Shown piece by piece: positions 1 to 11,834 of a stretch of DNA of 64,000 nucleotides. Both the position numbers and the translations under genes were made by a program. Position 1 is the first letter of the stretch; each line of letters opens with the position of its first letter. The notes under the pieces are model-generated. The model saw nothing but the letters and a program-made list of their open reading frames with translations. It was not told where the DNA came from and did not search any database. The DNA comes from Convolutriloba macropyga (Eukaryota), in contig NC_134476.1 of NCBI RefSeq assembly GCF_964194025.1, forward strand, positions 28,954,001 to 29,018,000, written 5' to 3'.

Positions 1-1293
1 GTTGAAATTCCGGGTCAGTATGAATGTAGCAAACGGCCAGATGTAAATGCACATGTTAAAATCAGTGGGTTCAGAAACGACATTCGAGTCATGGAATCGA
101 TCCGTAAACCAAGAAGAATCTGTATTCTCGGCTCTGATGAAAAGGAGTACTCGTTTCTACTAAAAGGTGGCGAAGACTTAAGACAAGATGCTAGGCTGAT
201 GAAAGTTTTTAAACTGATGAACACAATTCTGAAAACAAACCCTGAAAGCAATAAGCGAAATTTATGGATTCAAACCTATGACGTCACTCCAATGACCTTG
301 AAATTGGGTTTGATTCAGTGGGTACCAAATACGACCACTTATCAGTTATTCTTTGAGAAAATTTGCGGGGATGCCAAAATTGATCAGGCCAAACGAGCCA
401 TGCACCAGAAAGTGACGGCGTTCATGCCTGGGAAAGACGTGACAAAATTCTTCTACTTGTGGACAAAAGGAGCAAAACAGTCAGAATCTCAACAAGTAAT
501 TGAAACTTGCGCTGGAATTTTGAACAAATTCAGTTTCCGAAAAGCGATAGAAAAATTGGCAATATCACCTGATGCTTTCATAGTACTGCGTGATCGCTTT
601 GTAAGAAGTTATTCCTGCATGAGTATTGCACACTACATTCTGGGAATCGGTGACAGGCATACAAGCAACACTCTGATCGACCTGCAAACTTGTACGGCTG
701 TTGGAATTGACTTCGGACATGCGTTTGGAACCGCGACTCAATTCTTGCCAGTTCCAGAGTTGGTTCCGTTTAGGTTCACTCCGATGATTTCAAACTTAAC
801 GGTTCCTCAAGTTGCTCCAACAGGTGGTGTTGCGCATGCTGCTATGTTGAAAACATTAGAAGCTCTCAGAGAAAATCAGGAATCGCTCATGAATATTCTT
901 CAAATTTTCTTACGAGAGCCTGTTTTGGATTGGGTTGAATTCGCAACTAGGCAAGTGAACGCGATGCGGCGTTCAGGAAATTTAGACGGAGAACTAGAGG
1001 AAACAAAAATGGTATGGTACCCAAAACAAAAGCTGAAAGGTGTGGAGCAAAAACTAAATGGTTGGAATCCTTTGCATCTGATTAAGTCTGAAGAGCTCGA
1101 TCTGAACAGTTTTGTTATGAAAGATTCAGCTGCGTTGTTACGGATTTTACTGGGCGATAAAATGGATGTGAGGTGGGCTTTACAGAACGAGCAGAAATTG
1201 ACTGCTCATCAGCAAGTCACGTGCTTGTTAGACCAGGCAACTGATCCCAAATTACTCGGAAGAGCCTGGCTTGGGTGGAGTCCTTTTGCTTGA
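1..1293 (+). CDS. PRKDC: DNA-dependent protein kinase catalytic subunit, C-terminal part (PIKK kinase domain + FATC); 5' end lies outside the window
   Basis: Frame is open from base 1 (VEIPGQY...). Motifs LLKGGEDLRQD, YILGIGDRH..N, GIDFGHAFGTATQFLPVPELVPFR and FATC CLLDQATDPKLLGRAWLGWSPFA match DNA-PKcs signatures. Confidence 0.95.
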   Translation, partial: VEIPGQYECSKRPDVNAHVKISGFRNDIRVMESIRKPRRICILGSDEKEYSFLLKGGEDLRQDARLMKVFKLMNTILKTNPESNKRNLWIQTYDVTPMTLKLGLIQWVPNTTTYQLFFEKICGDAKIDQAKRAMHQKVTAFMPGKDVTKFFYLWTKGAKQSESQQVIETCAGILNKFSFRKAIEKLAISPDAFIVLRDRFVRSYSCMSIAHYILGIGDRHTSNTLIDLQTCTAVGIDFGHAFGTATQFLPVPELVPFRFTPMISNLTVPQVAPTGGVAHAAMLKTLEALRENQESLMNILQIFLREPVLDWVEFATRQVNAMRRSGNLDGELEETKMVWYPKQKLKGVEQKLNGWNPLHLIKSEELDLNSFVMKDSAALLRILLGDKMDVRWALQNEQKLTAHQQVTCLLDQATDPKLLGRAWLGWSPFA

Positions 1294-1604
1294 TATGAAA
1301 CTCCGATTGTCTGTCATTAAACTTATGAGGTTTCGTAACATTTCGTAAACTACCTTGATTAATTTTCCCTCAAAATTTAAATTGTACATAATGAGCTGTC
1401 TTCATACCAGTCCTCAAGCCTAGTCAAATAAATGATAATGAAAATTTTCAAAATTGTCAAGACGTTTTAGCCAAGGAGTTCAAAGCAAATACTGCTTAGC
1501 GTTAAGATCAGAATTGGACAAGAAATGAAGACGTCGTAATGCTTTTAAGGGAAACTGTACTGAAACATATTAAGGTTATTTTCTAAAAAAAATGTTAGGC
1601 TTTG

Positions 1605-1800
1605 ATTTTTGTTCCGACCCATTTTAGTGTGGGGAGGAAGTATATACTCAAATGCGTTTTTTGTTCAGTCGATTTTGGCCGATCGTTATAATCCATGTAG
1701 AGAGTTGTGAGTGGTATCCTTAGAAAGCCCGTCCAGCACAGATTATGAAATTGAAATGATTTTTTGATTTTTGTTTTTTTTTTTTTCAGGGAGTAATTGA
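1605..1800 (+). mobile_element. 5' end of a HINE/Helentron-like dispersed repeat, same family as 20589-22975
   Basis: TTTTTTGTTCCGACCC...GGGGAGGAAGTATATACTCAAATG...GAGTGGTATC...AAAGCCCGTCCAGC aligns with 20596-20780. 3' end not located. Confidence 0.6.
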
Positions 1801-4800
1801 GGTTTTAAGTTTTGTGAATAGTAGACGATATTCCTGCGTTTTTATTCACATTTTCCGTATTTTCGAGCAAATTTGTGTTAATTTTGCTAAAATATCTTAA
1901 ATTTTTAACGGTAGTGATGTTGACATTGTAGTGACATTTTAAAGGTTGTACATTTTGTAGTCAAATTTGCACTCCCGCTGGCTTTAGGTGTCTTCTGCAA
2001 TTATAATTTTGGCAGTTTGTCGCAAAGTTAAGCTCGATAATTATACAAAACGCACTATTTATTTTTGATATACTGAAAAATTGTGCTTAAAAATTGATCT
2101 ATTTCGTAACCGTTTGAACAATTGAGTGTTTTTTTAGCCGCGCAGCATTATCAGGGCTGATATTGATCTCACCATGGATCCTTACGTGAAAAATTTTTTT
2201 TTCTTAGATTTTAATGGAGCGCGGCTTTTTTAAAAAATATTTCCGCATTTATAGTTATATGTAAATTACTAACTCAGAGTTAAGCTCATGGTTTTTATGG
2301 CTCTGACTAATTGTTTTCTTAATGTCTTCATTGACTTATGTTTTGTTTTCATTTTTTATAGTTTTTGTAGTCCATTAACTTAGTCTACCCAATCAAAGAT
2401 CCAAGAGGTATATATGAACCTAGACAATGCTTTCAGTTGTTATCTAATGTCTCTTATAGCTTTGAAGATGTATAAAAAAATTTGGTGAATTTTTGAACTT
2501 CGCCTATTTTTATCTTATTTCTAATTAACTTCTGCCGTAGTCTCATTAAAAACAATCGGAAACCCATTTCTTTTCGTTATAATTTAATGTCTGTGCCGGT
2601 TTTATCTTTAACCAATGGTTTCTTGGTTTTGGTGCTACGAGTTTACTTTTTTAAATATGAGCATGTTTGCACATTTTAGAAGTTCATTTTATTTCCTAGA
2701 CGAATTATTACATTATTGACAGGTCCAATTGAGGGAAAACGTAGTTGGGAAAATGCGTTTAAAAAAAGCTGAGTCTGAATATACTATTTGTTTTTTGTTA
2801 AATAGTTAATGCTTTTGGGCTGAGACACAGTTCTCTCGCAAAATTAAGTAGATTTTTTAAAACTTTTTCCTATGTTTGTCTTTGGTTGTTTTATGAAATA
2901 TATCTGATTATGATTTTTCTCAATTGCTTCACTAGGACGTACGACTGAACCTTTTTAAAGACTTAACTTATAGCTATTTGTTTAATGACTTTCAAGTAAA
3001 CTTTTAAAGAAAACTTTTTTGCCTTCGGTTTTGTCAGCATGTAACTCAATATCAATAATGAAAAGTCTCAACTACTTTTGTTGATTCAAACTTTTTTCGT
3101 TTGGTTATGTTTTGACTCATGGCTTTCACCTGTTATTTTTAATAGAAAATATTTGTGCTTTATATACTGCTAAATATTCATTTCGTTGTCTAGGAAGTCT
3201 TATATAAGGAAAACGCGTTGATGGTCTGATGAAAACCAACTGATGATTTACAATTCCTGTAGATCAAACCTTATAATTATAGTGCCTTGACACTATGGTG
3301 TCGTAAAATTGTTTCTGAAGTTTTGGCTTCTGCCTGTTGTTAATTTGTGGTCTCACGACTTATTCTGTAAATAACAGGCACAATTGGCTTCCTGAGTTAT
3401 GGCAACATAATTCATCTCTTTTTGTTGAAACCTTATGTCTGTTTGGACTTTTGAAAGTATTTGTTTCAAAAATATTTGTATTTTTGAGCCACGCTTTTTT
3501 TTCAAGTAGTTTTTCGGTGTATTTGTAGCTTAGTCTCTGTAAAGACAGGTCACAGTCCGTTTCTTGTGAGCTATAATTTAATCTTTACAACGGTTTTGGT
3601 TTCAACCATTTGTTTCTCGGCTTTCTATTTACTCTTACTACGAGATTCCTTGAAATTTTTGAGATTTTTATATATACATTTTAAAGCTCGTATGACAGCT
3701 GAAAGGTTGTACATTTTTGTAGTGTTATGACGTACACTGGATAATGACAGGTCTCAATTTCTTCTTACGGAGATATAAATAAAGTTTTACTAAATGGTTG
3801 TTTTTCAAAAATGGAGATACGTATTTTTGAACTTCGCACCTTTTTGCGCTGTTTTGTCGACCTTTTACCTATACCATAATCTGAGAACATCAACTTGAAA
3901 ATGTTTTGCGTATACTGGAATTAAAACAGAGTGATTGTCTTCCTGAAATCATTTTGTACACATTAGCAGATACTACAATTTTGAATTAATTTTTGATACC
4001 TTTTTTAGTGCAAAAGTAAGAAAATGCGGTTATTCAAAAGTCAACGCAACTAATTGTTACATTACTTGTAATGTGGGAATAAAAATCGGAGAATCTTTCT
4101 GGGAAAGAGTGGTACAATTTGACAGCTCAGTAGGTTTTGAATCCATTTTCTCTTGATTTTTTCCTTGTTTTTGTGCCTTGAGCTTAATGCTCAGAAAACA
4201 TCTCCCTAAATAGTACCAATGGTTGAATAGATTTTAGTAACTCAGATTTTAAGAGTGTTGGACACATTAATAGCACGAAATTCAAGTTTAAAAAGTTAAT
4301 TTGGATAATTTCAAGTTTGGACACTTTTCGTCTATTTTGCGCTGTTTTCAATTGAGCAAAGTTGTTGTTTGCTTACAAATTACTCATCTCGTTTGTTAAG
4401 AGAGTTGCTTTTGAGAACACTTTGTTAAAACTGAAACAGATTTTTGCAATTTTCAACTTTTCGCGCTTTGTCTTTGTGAGTCTGTTTGGGCCTGAAGAGC
4501 TCAGTAAGAATTATCTGAGCTGCCCAGCACTCTGTTACCGCGAATAGAAATTAGTTTTTCTCGATGGCTAAAACGCAAGATGGGCCACAAAGTAATTATC
4601 TAAATTTTATGATTTTTGAGAAATTTGTTTCTTAGCAAATAATTTTAAGCGATAAGAAATCTTCGTTTTTTATCTATAGTTTTTTAATAATAAATTTTGA
4701 TTTTTATTTTTTAGACTTGTACCCTTTGCTTTTTTAGACTTGTACCCTTTGCTTAAATTTATTTCACATAGTGATCTTAATTGCATGAAAACCTATATTT

Positions 4801-5269
4801 ATAGTATTTAGAGCGGTCTTTTTTTTTATTTGCTTGGAAGCCAGAATTTTTTGGTCTGAGTGCCTCGTCAAATATTTCTCACATCGTTTGGTTTTAAATG
4901 CGCTGCCCTTCAGTGGAGGGTAGGCTAACAATTTGTATGTCCCAGATATACGTTTTAATGACAGTTTTAACACAAAATGAATAATGGATACTAGAGTTTT
5001 TCTTTAAAAAGGTATTACTTTCTGACATAAAGGAACTAAAAAAAGTTTGAAGAAGTTTATTGAAATATTTTCCATCAATTGTAATAGTTATAAATAGATG
5101 ACTGAATTTCCTTTGCTCTAATTGAACATCTAAACAAAAATTTGAAGTTGAACAGAAATTGCAGAATAAACCATTTTTCTCAATCTTTTCTAACAACAAT
5201 AGAACTCCCAATAAAAAACAGTTTAGGTGAAGATAGAATTTCAATTTGAGAATGGAATGAATAAGAACG

Positions 5270-6855
5270 GAAAAAGTGTTGAAAAATGGCAGCAGTCGGT
5301 ATCAAGGGATATATGTAGTTGTTTAAGTTAAAACTGAGAATTACAGAAAACAAGCAATATTGGCTAATGAAGGTTTTTCACCAGAAAAAAAATTTTCGGA
5401 AAAGTAACATTTTTCAAAAAATGCAGCGAAAAACAGGCAAAAAGAACTTGACACTTCTTTAAGAGCGTCAACGCGAGCTGATTTGAAACACTTTTTTCCC
5501 AGCTTTCAGAAATATATTTCTCGACTTCGTTTTGAATCGAATAAAAAACCGCTCAGAATCGTGAATCCAAATTTAACCTGTAAGAATAAACATGACCTGG
5601 GTAGTACAATAACAATTTTACTCAGTTTTCTTTTAGTGCTGATTCAAAGTTGGCAGTTTGATTCTAGCACTTTTATTTGGAGTATATCCTGAAAACAAAA
5701 AAATATTGAAACAAGAATTTTGTCAAAGCCAAGATAGGGACCAAAATTGGTCTAACTCGATCAGAGGTTTTTCTGAAAAGTTAACCAATCTAAATCAGAA
5801 GAAAAACATATTTTGAGGTGTCGTTAATGACAAAAAATAAACCAGTGTCAAACAATGATACCACATTAGGCTCTCTTAGTACTAAGTGTGAATGCTTACA
5901 ATACATCTTGAAAAACTATAGGGCAGAAACAAAAATTGTAAAACAAGATCTGGTTGTCAACACTTAAAATATTCAAAAGTAAAATAATGGAGGTAAATGT
6001 ATTGAAAGCGATGATGATTTTTTTCACAATTTTTGCACTAAAAAAATTAGAAAGATATACCGCATTTCTTGCAAACTTCACCTTAATTTCACTTTGAGAA
6101 CGGAACAGATAAGAACGGGAGAATGTTTGCAAAAATGGAAGCAGGTGGTGGCAGGGGATGTATATAGTTGTCCTATTTAAATTTGAGATATACAGAATAC
6201 AAAGACGGTTTTTTTACCAACAAAAGTTCCGCAAAATCCCAAGTTTTAAAAAAAGACATAGCATTGAGAACATAAAAATGAACTTGAACTTTCTGGAAGA
6301 GAGTGAATGTTGAGCTGATTTGGACACCTTTCTCCCAGCCCTCGGAATTGTTTTTATTGACTTCACTGTTTTACTGAATCAGAAAAATCTCAGAATCAAA
6401 ATTTAACCAGTAAAAAATTAACGACAACTGTGCATTTCAATGACATTTTTACTCATAGCTTTCTATAAGTACGGTTCCAAAGTTGACAGTTGAATTCCAT
6501 CACTTTTAACCGGAACAAAATTGGTCTGCCTCGATCAGAGGTGTTGCTGAAAAATTGACCAACCTATATAAAAATATACTTTGGGTTGTTGTTAATGACA
6601 AAAATGGAACAGTGTCAAGTACTGGGACCACATTAGACTCTATAAGATTTAATTTTGATTGCTTACAGTACATCTTGAATAACTATATGGCAGAAAAGCA
6701 AGAAACAATTGTAAAAAGATCTAGTTATCAACGCTTAAAGTATCCAAAGTAAAATAATCGGGGTAAAGCTTTGAACGGATAATGGTTTTTTGTCTTGTGG
6801 TATGATAGACAAAATTAGAGTGATATGAAGCAATTCTTACACACTTCACCTCAAG
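5270..6855. repeat. Degenerate tandem duplication, unit ~0.8 kb
   Basis: Blocks GAGCTGATTT, CAAAATTGGTCT..CTCGATCAGAGG, ACCACATTAG, GCTTACA.TACATCTTGAA and ACTTCACCT occur in the same order in ~5270-6090 and ~6125-6855. Confidence 0.75.
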
Positions 6856-9163
6856 TTTTTTGATAAAATTATGTATGTTTTTTCATTGCGTTGAATTATT
6901 TTTTTTCTAATATAAATGTGGCGGACACATTTTTGCCTCTGCAAAAAAATAAAGTAAAAATTTTTCACCATTCTATTTCACGGTGCCTTTTATAGACAAA
7001 ACCAAGCGTTGTTTAATTATGCAATGAATGCTATAATTATTAGATGGGGAAATTGACCAGTTGGATGACGAGTAGACATATAATTCGTTTTAGTACTTGA
7101 CTAACAACAAATTTGTACGATATGCGGTTGATTGGGTCAAAATTGAATGATAAAAGAAATGGTTATTTTTTTTCATCTTCTTGATTGCAAAGATGGCCAC
7201 TTCGTTCTTTCCTGGTTTAAATTATCAGCTTTTTTGAGTCAATTTTTTTTGTTTACGCATTGTTGAGAAAAAAACAGAAAACCTAATTGTAGCCCGTGAA
7301 GTTTGTTTTTTTACCAAAGAAATAGACAATAAGAAGGAAATAGAAAAGTTTGGGGGCTGGAGGGGAAGAAGGCTATTAAATTATGTAACAAAATTTTGAA
7401 AAAATTTTTCGTTAAAAATGTTAATAATATTTTAATGTATTATACATATTTACCAAAGTTTTTCCGATGTGACCAAAACAGAAAAAAAGGATTTGAAAGA
7501 GTTTGAACAAACGCATAATTTTTAATCTAAAAATCAAGAGCTTAAAGTAACTTTACTTTTTTCCGTTACACTCTAATAAAAACTCTTAAAACAATACACC
7601 TTGAAGTTGTTTTCTATGGTTTCGCTTAACTGGAACCTTACCAAAAACAAATAACTGTGATAGTCCCGAAAAGAAAAAAAAAGTATTGAGAAAGAGATCG
7701 AGGAAAAGAGAACGAGAAAAAAATAACTCGAACATTTTCCTTCGACATTTGTTTGTTTTTCTGGACCATAAAGCCGAGTTGCTTCTGTGCACCTATACGC
7801 GTTTTTGTTACTATTTGAATCAACGCAAATTTCATTCTATCTTAAGAGTATTGAGTAACATCAGAAAAAAATTGTCTTTTCAAGAAGTTTTTTTTTGCAA
7901 ATCTATGTTGAGCTACACTAAATCTAGTATCTACTTCTTTATTTGAGAAGCAATTGAAAATTTTTTTTTCATATTCTATTTTCTGTTGAATAATCCTATT
8001 GAATCCAGTGACTCACAAGATAAACTTTTACATAAGGTTTCGGTTGACGAAAAATTTCAGGCAATAAAAAATAAGAAGTTATCAGTATGACTTCGCTCGT
8101 TTAAAAAAATATAAAAATTCGTATATCATGAATTTTTTTTTTATAAAAGATGAAATCGTATTGTTTTTGTACAATTATGCGCATAATTGTCATCTTTCTT
8201 TAAAATCTTCCACCTAGCTTTTATGGACTTAATTTGACAGCAAATTTGCGTATGTGGGTTTTAGAGGACCTCCGAAAGATTAAACGGAAGCGCTCGAGGA
8301 AAGAGCGATAAAATAAATGTTTCAACTAACTTGACTTCAATGTCGTAAATTGACTTTGATCTCTCTGCTGTCTATTTGTTTGTGCCAGATTAATTAGCAA
8401 TCAGATTTGACGTAATTTCTGCGGATGTCATTTTTTAAGATTCATTTCAATTAATAGAAACAGTTTTCCTTTAATTGTTTTAAAAAATCTTTATTTAAGA
8501 CATTTTGGAACTTTTCTTATCTAAAAACCGCAAAATACTAGCCAAAACTATGTGTTCCATTTGCTTAAGGGTTTGTACGCACAGTCTCGAAAGAGCCTTC
8601 CTATTTGGTTTAATTGAGTTCAGAATGTCACCAAATTTGGACAATTCGAAAACAATTCCCTGTCACATTCCCTGCTAACCGTTGCAAAAGTTCTGCATTC
8701 GAAATTCAAGTCGTATACTGCGATAAAATCATATAAAAATTGTTGAATTGTATAGTTCCATGGATTAACATTTCGACTTGAGAGCTTACTTTTCCCGGGA
8801 ATTTTAATTTGTTTCAGTTTCACTGATCGTGAGCGCTTAGATTTCAATTGAAATTTACAGTTTTTCTAAATTTTTTTAAAGCGGTTGCCCACAAAAGATT
8901 GCGATATAAATTTCAGCTTTGGAAGAAAGAAAAATTTGCGAGTATGTTAAATCCTGAAAAGTTCCAAATTCTGCATTATCATCCTGTTTTAAATTGCTAT
9001 GTGCTGTTGTCCTCATAACGCTGGAAAAAGCATACAGTATAGATTGCTTGATAATAATCGGCCACTAACGGCCCCCACTGTATCAAAATCTAAACTGAGT
9101 AAGGATAGAGACACTATGATTTATAGTCATTTCTGTTTTTTTTTCATATTCTATTCTAAATTT

Positions 9164-9400
9164 GAGTACAGAGCCCGTTACTTTACAAAAATTTACTCCA
9201 CTCCTTCACTCCGCAAAACATCAATTCAAGATGGCCAACGCCAATATTAAAAAAATGGAAACTCTGCCCGCCAAAAAAGTGGCAACTTGAATTTGTCCAA
9301 ATAACACGTGTAAAACAGTAACTCTCCGATAAAAGAGACCGAACATGACTTTACTTTACTGATTTTACATTACTAGAAACGTGTTCTCTACACATAGAGT
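9164..9400 (+). repeat. ~235-bp repeat unit; a circularly permuted copy lies at 18687-18903
   Basis: Shared blocks GAGTACAGAGCCCGTTACTTTACAAA and CATCAATTCAAGATGGCCAA...GTGTTCTCTACACATAGAGT. Confidence 0.8.
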
Positions 9401-10255
9401 GTAAAGTTTTTTGATAATTTTCTGCACGAACTTTTTTTTGCAATCCTCCTGATAAACATTTTTTCTTGCTCAGAAGCACCCACTTTTTTCCACCCACTCT
9501 ATTCAATATAACTTGAGTTTTTCGATGACAGTGCGGTGGTGGAAATATAATTTCTACAGTTACTGGAATTGCAAAAGATTTATTTGTTGGCGGATTTCTG
9601 TCTCGGTGGTATTCTATGACACTTGTCATTCTTTGACATTTTTTTAATACAAAGGAAAAAAGTCAAATTCTAAATTGTGACCTTCTTTTTTTGGAAAATT
9701 TAGGTTTCAGTAGTCACCTTGAGAAGGGCAAGACATTTATTTTCAGAATCAAACGTTACCGCAGATGATCAGCCTAGGCCTCAGACTTCACCTAAAAAGT
9801 CCTGTTCCCCCGATGAAAATCGTTGATTCAAAAACTCAAACTTTTCTTAGCATAGCTTGAGCAAAGAAGCAACCGTTCATTTTCTGAAAATTCTGGCAAA
9901 ATCAAACTTTTGGGCAAATAATTATTGATTTTCATGCGAATCTTATAAGAAAGGACACTCTTGTTAATAGAAAAAGCTGCAAAAAAGTTTCATAGACAAA
10001 TTTTACCTTTTAGGAATCAGATAGTAAAATTTGTTGAAATTTTTTTCAACTTTTGTTACAAACTTCCTTTTTCTTTGTAGATGAGTAACTGTGATTTCCT
10101 TAGCAAGAAAAGCTCTTCGGTAGTTTAAAGCGGCAGCAGTAAATTAATTTAGCGAAACAAAGAAGTTTTTTGCTGTTTTTGCGGATTGATTGAAAAGTGA
10201 AAGCTACTTGACCAGAATACTTGAAAACAATTGATCAAAAGAGCCAGTTGATTGG

Positions 10256-11832
10256 CAAGATAAGCTTTGTACGCGTATTGCTATTTTTTTCAACGCAGAT
10301 AGCAAAATCGCGATCCATACTTATGACAACATAGCTTCTACGAACTTCAGATTTTTCTTTTATTATGTCTTCTGTCTCAGCAGTTACAGTTGAAGTCCCT
10401 TTTTCCTGGTTACAGACGTTACCAAATAGATGAAGGAAGTTTTTTTTCCAAAGGTCGCAGTAGTCACCAAATATCACATCAGGGGTCAAATTTTTTCAGA
10501 AAAAGTGGTTTCAGGCGTCACCTCACAGGGTTTGAAGATTGATGATTAAAGAACGGTTTCACTCGTTACTTTCACATAAGGACTCTTCAATTTGGTGTTT
10601 AAAACAGAAAAAAAAGACAATTTTCAACAAAAAATATTTTCCTGCCAAAAACTTCTTTGCAAGGTACCTAAATTTGTGTTCAGTCGCTTGTGTTGCCTGA
10701 ACGCATCGCCTAATTACGAATTAAGCAAAGCTTTTCCTAAATTCGAATAAATCGAAGCTTTTTTCTATGATCCTTGCCTCAAAAACACAACTATTTAGGG
10801 TCTCCTTCAGTTGAAGCTTTATAGAAACATCTGGAAAAAAATATTGAGAGTAACTAACAAAAGCAAAGTGCTTGGTTTATTGTAACAATTATTAAGTCTT
10901 CCTAAGTTTTTTGGTCAAACGTTTTTAAACAAAAATAGCAATTATTTGAGTCTGTTCACGGAACAATTGTTTTACGCTCGCACGTTTGACAGTTTTTCCT
11001 TTTTTATTAAACAAAAGCCAGAAAGCTAGATTTAGCTTACTAATACAGTGTAACAGTTTTCAAGAATTATGCTTCGAGAAAGTATGAAACGGAATATCTA
11101 TTATTTGGTCTAACTGTTGAATTGGTTTTGGGCTTGTCAAACCCTTATCCCATTCAAAATTGCGCCACAAAGAAATTTTTTGAGCCGTTTTTACCTATCT
11201 CAGACTAAGAAAGAACTCAACACTGACAAAGAGATCAAAACAACAATATGACAAAGAAAAACACCCAGAGCTGCCAAAATTGCCAGAAAAACACCCAGAG
11301 TTGATAAGCAAGATAAGATTTGTACGCGTATTGCTATTTTTTTCAACTCAGATAGCAAAATCGTGATCCATACTTATGACAACATAGCTTCTACGAACTT
11401 AAGATTTTTCTTTTATTATGTCCTCTGTCTCAGCAGGTACAGTTGAAGTCCCTTTTTCCTGGTTACAGACGTTACCAAATAGATGAAGGAAGTTTTTTTC
11501 CAAAGGTCGCAGTAGTCACCAAATAACACATCAGGGGTCAAATTTTTTCAGAAAAAGTGGTTTCAGGCGTCACCTCACAGGATTTGAAGATTGATGATTA
11601 AAGAACGGTTTCACTCGTTATTTTCACATAAAGACTCTTCAATTTGGTGTTTAGAACAGAAAAAAAGACACTTCAACAAAAAATATCTTCCTGCCAAAAA
11701 CTTCTTTGCAAGGTACCTAAACTTGTGTTCAGTCGCTTGTGTTGCCTGAACGCATCGCCTAATTACGAATTAAGCGAAGCTTTTCCTAAATTCGATTAAA
11801 TCGAAGCTTTTTTCTATGATCCTTGCCTCAAG
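10256..11832 (+). repeat. ~525-bp direct repeat pair (10256-10782 and 11309-11832), high identity
   Basis: Near-identical from CAAGATAAG.TTTGTACGCGTATTG to TATGATCCTTGCCTCAA. Confidence 0.9.
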
Positions 11833-11834
11833 CA

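Noticed and set aside
1300-9100. Short ORFs of 60-120 aa, here and at 59600-64000
   Set aside because: Low-complexity, F/L/K/I-rich, no motifs; expected by chance in AT-rich DNA.
10256-11832. Direct repeats as the LTR pair of the BEL element
   Set aside because: Both copies lie upstream of the coding region; no TG...CA ends, PBS or PPT seen.
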